Below are positions 43,189 to 53,367 of a stretch of DNA of 64,000 bases, in pieces; position 1 is the first letter of the stretch, and each line of letters opens with the position of its first letter. The notes under the pieces are model-generated. The model made no database searches. It was given only the letters and a program-made list of their open reading frames with translations, and had not been told where the DNA came from. Origin of the DNA: an uncultured Nitrospinota bacterium (lineage in GTDB: Bacteria > Tectomicrobia > Entotheonellia > J063 > CAVPRW01); the NCBI GenBank assembly GCA_963707985.1, contig CAVPRW010000042.1:128001-192000 (forward strand), written 5' to 3'. The position numbers and the translations under genes were made by a program.

Positions 43189-43500
43189 CAGTCCTGGTGA
43201 TCTCCTCCAGGGAGGCCGCGACCTGGCCAGTGGCCCTCCGCACGCGTGCGATCATCTCGTGCCGCATCGTGACCATCTTCCGCAGGCTGGGCACGACGGG
43301 AAGGCGCATCATCACCGGGAGCCCGACCCCGATGATGGCGGCGGCCAACGTGAGGATCAGTGCCTCCCACTAGGCGAGCTGACTTAGGGCCTGGAGTTTC
43401 TGCGGCAGCTGGTCCGCCCGGCGTCGCTCGGCGGCAAGACCGCCGTTGTGCTCTGCCGCCAGGACGGTACCTCCCGCCTCACCAGCAGCTGCGAAAGATC
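43120..43500 (-). pseudogene. Degenerate methyl-accepting chemotaxis protein fragments
   Basis: QVAASLEEITRTVKQSAVNAAPANQLA and LQALSQLA, typical of MCP methylation helices. Confidence 0.5.
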
Positions 43501-43929
43501 CTCGCCCATCGCGGGAATTGACTCCGGTCCACAGGCGGTTAGCTCCCACCTCCATCACGCTGCAACCGCGGCAGATCGCCCCTGCGTGCACACCCACGGG
43601 AGGCAGGACGCTTGACGCCGACCCCCACGCCTGCCGCATAATTCGCTTGATCCTCGATTTTCGACCACGATATAATGCGTTCCACATCTTGGAAGAGGAT
43701 TTCTCGATGCGAAACGACCACCTTCGCCAGGCTCGTGTACCGCAACGGTCCTCCTCCATAAGGTAACGCATTGGTGGCATCCCTATCGGAAGCGGCACTC
43801 GAGCGCGTTCTGGCCACCCTGACACCGGACACCATCACGAAGCCGGGAACACGGGCGTGACGGGGGGAACATCTCGCGGTCGTATAGGGTATGTGGGAGC
43901 GTCATGAGTGTTGCGAAGGAGCATGGAGC

Positions 43930-44496
43930 ATGGCTCACGACACCTTTGCACAATTCACTTGCGAGGTTGATGCGGTGGTGCGGTGCCAAGGGCAGCCCGA
44001 AGTCCTCGTCGGCCGCATCCGGCCCTTGTTGAGCCAACTACTGGAGAGACCTAACTGGCTCGACGAGCGGTATCGACGACCGGTGCCCGGCAAGCGTTAT
44101 AGCCAATATCTCTTGTACACGCCACCTGATGAAGCCTGGTCCATGGTGTCGTTCGTCTGGCCAGGTGGCGCCACCACACCGGTGCATGACCATGACACCT
44201 GGGGCGTCATCGGCGTGTACCAGGGACGGGAGCGTGAAACCCGATATGCCATCGTCGCGGGGAGCATGGCCGCCCGCCGGGTGTGCCTTGTTGAAACAGC
44301 AACTGCCACGATGCATCCCGGAGAAGTGGGCCAGGTCATCCCACCCGATGATCTCCATCGCGTCTCTAATGACGGCCACGAAGTGGCGGTCTCGGTGCAT
44401 GTGTATGGCACGAACATCGGCACGCAGAAACGGCACGTCATCGACCTCACCACCGGCGAAGTGAGGGATTTTGTCTCTGGGTATGACCCCTCGTGA
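43930..44496 (+). CDS. Gln-type thiol dioxygenase (3-mercaptopropionate dioxygenase-like)
   Basis: YSQYLLY, SFVWPGG.TTPVHDHDTWG, DLHRVSN, VSVHVYG. Confidence 0.88.
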   Translation: MAHDTFAQFTCEVDAVVRCQGQPEVLVGRIRPLLSQLLERPNWLDERYRRPVPGKRYSQYLLYTPPDEAWSMVSFVWPGGATTPVHDHDTWGVIGVYQGRERETRYAIVAGSMAARRVCLVETATATMHPGEVGQVIPPDDLHRVSNDGHEVAVSVHVYGTNIGTQKRHVIDLTTGEVRDFVSGYDPS

Positions 44497-44623
44497 GCCT
44501 GGCGAGGCGTCATGGCTGGCACTGCACAGGCCGGAGGATTGCGTTCCAACTCGCCGGCGGGTCACACGAAGCAAGCTGTCACCGTCCCATGCCCATCGGA
44601 CGACAGGAAGAGGAGGAGGCGGC

Positions 44624-45268
44624 ATGCCAGAGTTAGTCATGCTCGACAAGGCGTACCACACCACGATGCAGTACTTTATCAGCACTGGACAGGCACCGCA
44701 TTACACGGAATTGGCCAGGGACCTGGGATTGACCATGGAGGAGGGCAGACAACTGCTCCATGATCTGGTGGGCAGTGGCATCCCGGCTTGGCTGCACCCG
44801 CAGACGGATTATCTCGTCTCTTTTGCGCCCTTTCACAACCTGCCGACGCAGTACCGCATCAGTGTCGACGGCCAGCAGAAATGGTTTGCCCAGTGAGGCT
44901 TCGAGGCGCTGGCGGTACGCTGGCTGTTTCCGGGCAAGACGGTACGGGTCGACGCCCCATGTCTGGATTGTGGCGAACCCCTCGTGGTCGAGATGCGCGA
45001 CGAGCAAGTACTCTCCGTACGACCCAGTGGGCATCATGGGCTACGCCTACAGTGAGGTAGGGGGACCTCCAGAGAACTCGGGCCTGGCGTTGAGCGGGCA
45101 TGAACCTCTTCCGGTCGGAAGAGCATCCGCGCGCGCTGGGCGCAGTTCAACCCGGATTTCGAGACCAATCTCCAGCCCCTGGCCTATTGGCTGGAACGCT
45201 TCAGCGCCGAACGGTTCCGTATGCGCAGCCGTGCCGACTACATCTCGTGGCTGCGGGCGCAGCCGTAA
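44624..45268 (+). CDS. MerB (organomercurial lyase)-like protein; predicted double selenoprotein (TGA 44894-44896 and 45091-45093); small indels near 45020, 45078, 45130
   Basis: wHTH-like N-terminus, APF..PTQYRI, WFAQ-U-GFEAL, APCLDCGEPL, WR-U-AGMNLFRSEEH; a hairpin follows each TGA. Confidence 0.78.
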
Positions 45269-45329
45269 GCGTCGGGAGAAGTGACACTCCTGTCTCGAGA
45301 CGCACGGGCCCATGCAGGAGGAGTGAGAC

Positions 45330-46165
45330 ATGATTCTCAAACAATACTACCTTAGCTGTCTGGCACACGCCTCGTATCTCATCGCCGACGAGCAGACGGG
45401 GACGGCGGTGGTCGTCGACCCGCAATGCTACATCGCCCAGTACGTGGAGGATGCGGCGCGACAAGGCCTCCACATCCGCTACGTTTTCCTGACGCACTTC
45501 CACGCGGACTTTCTGGCCGGGCACCTCGAACTGCGTGCTCGCACGGGCGCCACCATCTGTCTGGGCGCGCGTGCCGAGGCCGACTACCCCTTTAGACCGT
45601 TCAAGGATGGTGAGACCTTGGAGTATGGGACGGTCCGGCTGCAGATCCTCGAAACCCCCGGGCACACCCCGGAAGCGATCTGTATTCTGGTCTATGATCT
45701 CCACAAGGATGTTCACAACCCACATGCCGTCTTGACCGGCGACACACTCTTCATTGGCGATGTCGGGCGCCCCGACCTTCTGGCGTCGGTCGGCGCGTCG
45801 GCTGATGAGCTGGCCGGTATGCTCTACGACTCCTTGCACCAGAAGCTCTTGCCACTGCCGGATGACATTCTGGTCTATCCCGCCCACGGCGCAGGTTCCC
45901 TGTGTGGCAAGAACCTGAGTCAGGAGACGGTGTCGCCGCTGGCCGTGCAAAAACGGTACAACTATGCGTTACAGCTGATGAGCAAAGCCACATTCATCCG
46001 GTTTGTGACCGCCGATCAGCTGGACGCCCCCGCCTACTTCGCCTACGACGCCATGCTCAACCGGCGCGAGCGGCCCACCCTGGAGGCCGTGCTGGCACAG
46101 GAGCTCCAGCCGCTCTCCCTCGAGGCCGTGTTACGCCTGCGCCATACCGGGGCGCAGGTGCTGGA
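45330..46165 (+). pseudogene. Persulfide dioxygenase-like MBL-rhodanese fusion, truncated at the start of the rhodanese domain
   Basis: CLAHASYLI, THFHADFLAGH, TPGHTPE, TGDTLFIGDVGRPDL, YPAHGAGSLCGK; homology ends at GAQVLD. Confidence 0.8.
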
Positions 46166-46394
46166 CGCGTACCCGGAAGTCGCCATGCGTCTCTCCGACG
46201 TCTTCGAGCCAGCCAAGGAGATGGCCTTCCACGACTACGATGACCCCAACTGATGCCATCTGGCCTGGGCCAATGGCCTGAGCCGTAACCGCAAGAACCT
46301 GGAGCGCTTCATCCAGTTTGCGTTGGAGCAAGGTCTGATCGACCGCTGGCTGGAGGTGGAAGAACTCTTCCATGAGACGACCCATCGTACCTGA
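46166..46394 (+). pseudogene. C-terminal remnant of a 4,5-dihydroxyphthalate-decarboxylase-like protein
   Basis: AYPEVA...FEPAKEMAF..YDDPN, then WPNGLSRNRKNLERFIQFALEQGLI...VEELF. Confidence 0.55.
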
Positions 46395-46769
46395 TGCCGC
46401 TGGACTGGCGTCACAGCTCAGAGGGGCCTCGCTGGCCACCGCATCAGATCGCGCGCCACGGACGTGGGGGGTCGGGTGGAGCTACAGACGCCGCGTTTTC
46501 ATCGCATACGCAAGAATGTCAGTGCCATTGCGGGTGTTGATGTGACCATCGTGTAGGAGGACGGGAATGACGGATGCCGCATGCCGTCGAGGGGTGTGCC
46601 GCTGAGCCGCCTGCGAAATCTTCTGGAGGCCCTCTGTCTCCAATCACATCCAGCCGGCCGTGAAGAGCATGGCCCCCCGCTGCTCTGATGGGTATGCCAC
46701 CCCGAGCACGACGTCCTCAAGCGCGGCGATCAGATCTTTACCGAGCGCAGGCCCCACGTCGAATACCTC

Positions 46770-48217
46770 GTGAGGTGCCAGTCTCTTGAGACGAGAGGAG
46801 GGGAAGACACGCGTCAAGGAAGGCAAACGCCTGGAAGAGTGGTGCTGGGGATATGGGCCACGATGCTTCTCGTTTTCGGTGTGGTCGATGCTCAGGAAAC
46901 CGCCAGGGGACAGTCGAGTTACGCCCCTGTGGATATCAAAGAGGATTTCACCGCGATCATGACCCGCATGAAGGCGGCGAAAGCCGAAGTGATGCAGCGC
47001 CAGCTGGATTTCCTAGCGGAACGCTACGACTTGAGCAACCGTCCAGCGGCGGATGGGACGAGGATGTCGCGCGGCAAGCCCGTCCAGGAGGGGGTGCGGG
47101 TCAAACTGCCCGCGGGCGTGACCTGGGTACAAATAGCTGCCATGACGCCGGCGGACATCCGCGACAAAGGGCTGTTCCCCAAAGGGTTTCTGCCCCTGCC
47201 GCATCCCCACCACGCCGAAGGGGGTATGGTGTTTCCGGCCTTCCATATCGCGGAAATCAAACAGCAGGAAGAGCGCGATCTGACCCGCTTTGACCTCGAC
47301 TTCGATCTGCCTAATCACTTCCTGCTCGAGTTTCCAGCCCCCATCTATTTGACGACACGGCCCGACCTCGGTGACGTGTCCCAGGGCAAACTTGTCACCA
47401 TCGCCAACTATTACCAGCTCTTCAACGGCATCCTCAATCCTAAGCAGATCGAAGGGTTGCGACTCTTGTTAACCCCCTTCCCTCAACAGCAGTTCAACCA
47501 GACCGAAGATCGGCGCTCGGAACGACTAAGTCGTGGCGTGGCTTGTTTCGACTGCCATGCCAACGGGCACACCAATGCCTCTACCCACCTCGTGGGTGAT
47601 ATTCGCCCCCAGGAGTTCCGCCATCGCATCGACACACCATCGCTGCGCGGCGTGAATATCCAGCGGCTCTTTGGATCGCAACGGGCGTTGAAGTCAGTGG
47701 AGGATTTCACGGAATTTGAGCAGCGCGCCGCCTACTTCGACGGCGATCCAGTCATCGCCCAGAAGAAGGGGTCAACATCCTCGAGCGGGGCAGCCAGGTG
47801 CACTTCATTGCGGAATTTCAGGAATTGTTGGATTTTCCGCCAGCCCCCAAGCTTACGGTGTTAGGTCAGTTGGATCCGCAACAGGCCACCGAGGTGGAGC
47901 GGCGCGGGCAGGAGCTGTTCTTCGGTAAAGCCCAACGCAGCGCCTGCCATCCACCACCCTACTACACCGACAACCTCATGCATAATCTCAGAGCCGAGCG
48001 CTTCTATAAGTCCCAGCTGATCAACGGCCGGATAGCCGCCGCCGACGGTCCCATCAAGACCTTTCCCTTGCGCGGCATCAAAGACTCCCCGACCTATCTC
48101 CACGACGGCAGGCTGTTGACGTTGGAAGACACGGTCGAGTTTATCAATCTGACCCTGGGGGTGAAACTCAGCGCGCAGGAAAAGCAGGATCTCGTCGCCT
48201 GTCTGCGGGCGCTGTAA
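46770..48217 (+). CDS. Di-heme cytochrome c peroxidase-like protein; frameshift near 47770; start uncertain
   Basis: Signal-like N-terminus, CFDCHANGH, DTPSLRG, second site RSACHPPP, YLHDGRLLTLEDTVE. Confidence 0.78.
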
Positions 48218-48259
48218 GGAGAGGCAAGGTCGGAGACCTGACAGCAGGCCAAGGCGGTA

Positions 48260-49774
48260 CTATTACTACAGTGGTAACAAGATAGATTATGCTGCCAGGG
48301 CCCCATCAGTGCCTCACGACGCTGATCATGGTAAGAGGTGGCGACGGTTTGGTGCCACCGGCGCCAGGACGACCAGGCGAGGATATGACGGGCGGTCTGC
48401 GGCACGGCCAAGACGAACCGCCAGAGCAACCTCCGCCATTCGGGGGACGCTCAGCGGGATGAGAGGCCGCGCCTGGCCTTGAACGCCGCCCTCGGATTCG
48501 CCTCCGATGGGGGCTGCAGACTGTTTTTTTAACGCCTCGACCGCTATTCTTCCTGCTCGCAGGACCGTCAGCAGGGCCAACGCCCACATCGCGAGCGTGA
48601 TATGCCGAGTACCAACCGGTCCAGCTCCGCACTTCATAGTGGTCCAGGCCGACTTCTCCCTTGGCCTCTTCAAAGCCGCTCTCAATGGTCCATCGGCGAC
48701 CCGGTCCACCCCCACCACCTCTGGCAAGGTCGTGACCTGCGGGGCAAAGACCACGTAGGCGGTCAAGTCCGTCGGATCGCTCGCACGCCGCCGGACCAGC
48801 AACCAGCGGCACCAGCCGGGCTCCAACGGCGGGGTCAGGGACCGCCAGTGCCAGTCGTACCAGCGGGGCCCTTTCGCCCCATCGCCGGCACTGAGGTGGG
48901 TCCAGCCGTCCTCCGGCAAGGTCGCCAGGAGGCGTTTGACCTGCCGTGGTTGCCATCCCAGCCAGACATATTCCTGGCCCGACACTGCCAGGACATAGGG
49001 CTGGGGGTGGGCTTCCAACCACCACCGCAGGCCCCGGTTATCGCCATACACGCAGTCACCCGTGACCGACGTGCGCGGGGCACGCCGGCCGCGAACGCGC
49101 GGGCCAGCTGCTGGCGGGCCAGCTGCGGCTTGGTGGCAAAGCGCCGGTCCTCCGGGATCCCCGCCTGCTTGCAGCGCACTCGATCGTTCGTCCACTCTTG
49201 GGGCAGATACAGTTCCCGGTCCACCAGCGCCTGGCCCAGTGGACTGGCATAGCTCAGCAACACGCCAATTTGGCAGTTCTCCACGTTGCCGACCGTCCCG
49301 GTGTACTGGCGGGCGACCCCGGCCGAGTGGCGCCTTTTTTTCACAAAGCCGGTTTCGTCGAGGACCAGCACGCCATGGGGTCGCCCAGGTGCTGGATGAC
49401 GTCGGTCCGCAGCTCATCGCGCGCAGCGTCGGCGTCCCAGTCGGCCCGCGTCAGCAAGTACTGAAAGCCGTACGGGGTGGGGTCACCGCAGCCTTCCGCG
49501 ACTTGCCAGCTGTTCTTGCGCTCCGCCTCGCTCAGCAGGCCGCGCAGATACGCCATGACTCGCTGGCGGACGGCGAGCGGCCGATATACCGGGCCAACCG
49601 CCGCGCATATGTCCGCCAGTAGGCCCGCCCCGTAATGCTGGTGGCGGTCGCATCGGTCGTCGTCAGTAGAGGTTTATCAGTCGCTTCTTGATCGGTTGCA
49701 GGGGTTCCGTCCTCCGTTCATGAGTCCGGAACGAAGATACCAGCATTAGGCGTTTGTTACCACTGTAGTACTAG
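48260..49774 (-). mobile_element. IS701-family element, frameshifted transposase
   Basis: TIR ctattactacagtggtaacaa / ttgttaccactgtagtactag; [53 protein letters not shown]. Confidence 0.9.
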
Positions 49775-50340
49775 GGGAAAGTGACGCAAACTCTCGCCCG
49801 TGTGTTTGTCCGTCACCGTGATCGAGACAAAGCTCAGCGTCACGAGGTCCATACACCAGTGCAAACGATACTGGGTCCCCGGGCCCCGGGCTTGGATCCC
49901 ACTGGCATCGATGACCAGAAAGCGCCGCTGCGCGGGCAAGGCGCTGAGGGGAGACACCATGCGGGCCAGCACGGCTCGCACCCACGGCCGACAGGCGGCC
50001 AGACGCTCGGCCACGGCACTATCGGTGATGCGTTCCACCAACAGGCTGAAGTGGCCCGCCACCTCCCGTAGCGACTTATCGAGCCCACAATACAGCAACA
50101 CCAGCCGGAGCAATTGCACGGGCGTTTTGATCTTGCGCGCCCGCGTGAACGCCTTAAACTCGCGCGCCATTTGCATCGTCTCGTGTGGCAGGTCTTGCAA
50201 CAAATCCTCAAATAGCGTATCAACATCTTGGGGTGGCTGCAGCATGGTCGTCTCCTTCTTCTTGGGCACAAGAGGACATAGGATACCCATGCAGTATGCC
50301 ATCCCTTTCAAGCCTTTACCCACTTAACCTGGCGCCTATG
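49775..50340 (-). mobile_element. IS4-family element, 5' part only, cut by IS701
   Basis: End cataggcgccaggttaag; AFTRARKIK..QLLRLVLLYCG, RRFLVIDAS, YRLH. Confidence 0.7.
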
Positions 50341-50476
50341 CCCCTCTTCCCCCAGGTGCCACTCCGACTCTTTCATTGTTGCGGACCACAAGTATCCAGT
50401 TGAAGGAGACCCATAGAAGCACATAGAGACACATCGATTATTCATGTGTCTTTACGTGCATCGATAGGTGCAGACT

Positions 50477-51064
50477 TTAGTACGTTCCGTTGATCAGTGA
50501 CAAAAAGTGGTGGATGATGCGGGCAGTGGCGCCCCAAATGACGTGGCCGTTGACGTGAAACTCATAATCTTCGATCGTGGCACCGTCGTCGCGGGCGCGA
50601 ACATATTTGCGCTGCACGGTCGGATCGGCCAGGGTGGAGAGCGAAGCGTCGAAGACTATAGCCACTTCAAGGGGATTCGGACGGAACGGGTACGGGTAAG
50701 GGATCAATCCAACGAAGGGCGAGATCGTAAAGCTGGTCGAAAATGTTGCCAGGTCGTCAAGTCTCCCCAAGATGCTGACGTGCTCCGGCTGGATTCCCAC
50801 CTCCTCGTAGCTCTCTCGCAGAGCGGTGGTCTGCAGATCGCCATCGGCCAGCTCAAAGGAACCTCCGGGAAACGACACCTGGCCCTTGTGTTGTCGAACC
50901 GTCTCGGTGCGCTTGGTAAACAGCAAGTGATAATCGGTAGCGTTCCTGAACAGGGGCAACAGGACTGCTGCCTGCCGGCGAAAGGGATCGGGGGGAACGA
51001 TGATCGGGATGCGACGAGTCAAGATTGATCGGAGGTGGTCGTCAGGGGCATGGTACGGGCTCAC
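50477..51064 (-). CDS. CoA pyrophosphatase (Nudix hydrolase)
   Basis: AAVLLPL, LLFTKR...HKGQVSFPGG, TALRESYEEVG, IWGATARI. Confidence 0.92.
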   Translation of the reverse strand: MSPYHAPDDHLRSILTRRIPIIVPPDPFRRQAAVLLPLFRNATDYHLLFTKRTETVRQHKGQVSFPGGSFELADGDLQTTALRESYEEVGIQPEHVSILGRLDDLATFSTSFTISPFVGLIPYPYPFRPNPLEVAIVFDASLSTLADPTVQRKYVRARDDGATIEDYEFHVNGHVIWGATARIIHHFLSLINGTY

Positions 51065-52047
51065 TCGCGCTCATCCTCGGCGTCCTCGTCCCAGTCAGCA
51101 TCATCGTCGGCGTCAAAATCCATGACATCATCCTCTTCCAGGGCCTCGGTGTATTCGCCGCGCGCGATAGCAGCAGCAATGCCGAGCTCTTCAATGGCAT
51201 CGTGGGCCACTTCAGCTACCTCGGGGTCAGCATCGCGGGTACAGCGTTGCAGCGTATGCAGGGCACGCTCGTCACCAATCTTGCCCAGGGCCCAGATGGC
51301 TTCTAGGCGGATGTCGCGGTCCATATCAAAGCACATCTTTTGTAGCGCCGGGACGGCAGAGATGATCTGAGCTTCGCCGCAGGCGCTGATGGCCTCGACG
51401 CGAAACTCCTTATCCGACTCGTCCAGGCCGCGCAAGAGGTAGCCATGCCAGCGCTCCAGCCCACTGCGTCCCATAGCGAACAGAGAGCTGAGCTGCATGC
51501 GTTGATCAGCCGCGAAATAGCCCTGCTCGATCAGGTTTAGCACCTTCGGGTCATCCGTGCAGAAGCTCAGGGCTTCGAGCGCGAAGCGGCGCACCGTAAT
51601 ACTCTCACCCTCGTCGGTGGAGGCTTCGAACAGGGCGCGCTTGACCCGCTGGGCCAAGGGCTGATCCAATTCCTCCATGACAAAGCCTTCATACATGTAT
51701 CGCCCAAGAACCATAGCGGCCCGACCGCGCACCTCCTCATCGATGTCAAACCAGAAAGTATTGAGAATGCGGTCTAGGTGCTCTTCGTCGGGGTAATACC
51801 ACATCGCCTCCACAGAGCATCGACGGACCTCAGGGTCAGGATGATTCATGAGCATGGTATAGATGGGTGCCCGATTCTCGGAGTAGTTCTCCTCCTCCGC
51901 CTCGCTGAGCTCGCGAATGCGCTGGCGTTGGGAGGGCAAATCCAATGCCGCAAATTCGGCTAGGAACGCCTCCGTTGCCTGTGGGTCTGTCGATGCGTTG
52001 TGCGAAGAATCTTGTCTACCCGATTGGTCCCAAGAGTCCCTGTCCAT
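51061..52047 (-). CDS. HEAT-repeat protein with acidic tail
   Basis: Repeated D..VR..A...LG units. Confidence 0.8.
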   Translation of the reverse strand: MDRDSWDQSGRQDSSHNASTDPQATEAFLAEFAALDLPSQRQRIRELSEAEEENYSENRAPIYTMLMNHPDPEVRRCSVEAMWYYPDEEHLDRILNTFWFDIDEEVRGRAAMVLGRYMYEGFVMEELDQPLAQRVKRALFEASTDEGESITVRRFALEALSFCTDDPKVLNLIEQGYFAADQRMQLSSLFAMGRSGLERWHGYLLRGLDESDKEFRVEAISACGEAQIISAVPALQKMCFDMDRDIRLEAIWALGKIGDERALHTLQRCTRDADPEVAEVAHDAIEELGIAAAIARGEYTEALEEDDVMDFDADDDADWDEDAEDERE

Positions 52048-52168
52048 CGCTCACCTACCCAATGCCATGAGGAATAACCCGACCGACAGCGCGCAAGTAC
52101 GCTTGTAGTGCTCTAAGCTCATGATACCACATCAACCTGATGGCGCTAGCGAAATTTTCCCACACAGG

Positions 52169-52441
52169 TTAGAAATACCGACGTCGCTCGCGGTTCAGCT
52201 CCTCCGGGGGCAACAGGCTGATTTTGCGCTGCAGATCCCGGTGCCAGGCGTCGATTTTCGCCAAATTCCGCGACTTAGCCTCTTCATCCAAACCGGACGA
52301 TTCGACGAAACTACGAGCACTCTCACAAAGTGTGCTGGCGCGATGGAGATTCCCTTGAAATTCCTCCTTACTGATTTTGACGTAGAATTCGGTCACTTTC
52401 GCGTCGCGGAAAAAACCTTGAATCGTTTCCCATAACCCCAT
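52169..52441 (-). CDS. Hypothetical protein
   Basis: ~90 aa ORF with GAGG RBS, co-oriented with its neighbours. Confidence 0.55.
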   Translation of the reverse strand: MGLWETIQGFFRDAKVTEFYVKISKEEFQGNLHRASTLCESARSFVESSGLDEEAKSRNLAKIDAWHRDLQRKISLLPPEELNRERRRYF

Positions 52442-52593
52442 GGTCGTGCCCTCGTGAAGGTGAACGTAGGTCACCCTCCAATCCTCTATCTACGTCCAGG
52501 TCCACGATTGTTCCCATTCACGCCTCGAGGTCTCTGGCGTGGATGCTGTACAGAATCACGTACGTATGATCATTGTCCGTGCTCGTGGGTTAC

Positions 52594-53340
52594 CTACTTG
52601 TGCCCACCATGATAGATGGACACTTCCGTCACTTCGCCACTGATCTCGACTCTCACCGTGGTACGCGTATACTGAAAACCACCATCGCGGATCAGGCGGA
52701 AGAAGTCTCTAGCGATCGGTCGATTCGGCTCGGCTAAAATAAAGTGTCCATTCGGTTCCAGCGTTCGATACAACAGCTGCAAGAGCGGGTGAAAGTTGGC
52801 GCGCTCATAGAGCACATCTGAAGCCAAGATCACGGCATAGGTCTGATTGAGCGTCGGAGCGTGCCAGTCGAGATGCCGAACAATTGCGTGTGGGCAGCCG
52901 TTCCGATAGATATTGTAGCGTGTGAATGCCAGCGCATCAGCCTCATAATCGGTGAACGTCAGCACACCACCCTTGCGACTGGCGGCAATCCCTGCCAACC
53001 CCAACCCGCAGCCGAGCTCGAGCACCTCTACACCTTGCAGGTCGACAGCCTCGCAGACATACTGGGCCAGCGCCAGGGAAGAGGGCCACAGATCGGCCCA
53101 GTACGGTAGGCGCTCATCAGGTCGAAACTGAATCTTGGGGAGTCGATCGAGTAACGTGTCGACATCTGCTACACGGAGCAGCTCGATGGTCAGCCCACCG
53201 CACATGATGGTTTGCAGCATAGTGTCGTAGGAGGTCTCGATGGCTTTCTGAAGATAACGCAGGCGGCGTTGCCGACGCCTCCAGCCTATAGCTGTCGGCT
53301 CACCGACTCTCTCCGCATCGGGGTTCAGAGGTATGCTCAC
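52594..53340 (-). CDS. Class I SAM methyltransferase (Methyltransf_16-like)
   Basis: PYWADLWPSS, VLELGCGLGL, TDY, LDW, ASDVLYE. Confidence 0.88.
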   Translation of the reverse strand: MSIPLNPDAERVGEPTAIGWRRRQRRLRYLQKAIETSYDTMLQTIMCGGLTIELLRVADVDTLLDRLPKIQFRPDERLPYWADLWPSSLALAQYVCEAVDLQGVEVLELGCGLGLAGIAASRKGGVLTFTDYEADALAFTRYNIYRNGCPHAIVRHLDWHAPTLNQTYAVILASDVLYERANFHPLLQLLYRTLEPNGHFILAEPNRPIARDFFRLIRDGGFQYTRTTVRVEISGEVTEVSIYHGGHK

Positions 53341-53367
53341 GGCCGTAACGCTCCGCGGCCGCTTGAC

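Noticed and set aside
46251..46253. TGA after DDPN as Sec
   Set aside because: It lies in a deleted gene remnant with no recognisable Cys motif; more likely a nonsense mutation.
50419..50459. Inverted repeat downstream of the Nudix gene as an intrinsic terminator
   Set aside because: A hairpin is present but there is no U-tract on the coding strand.
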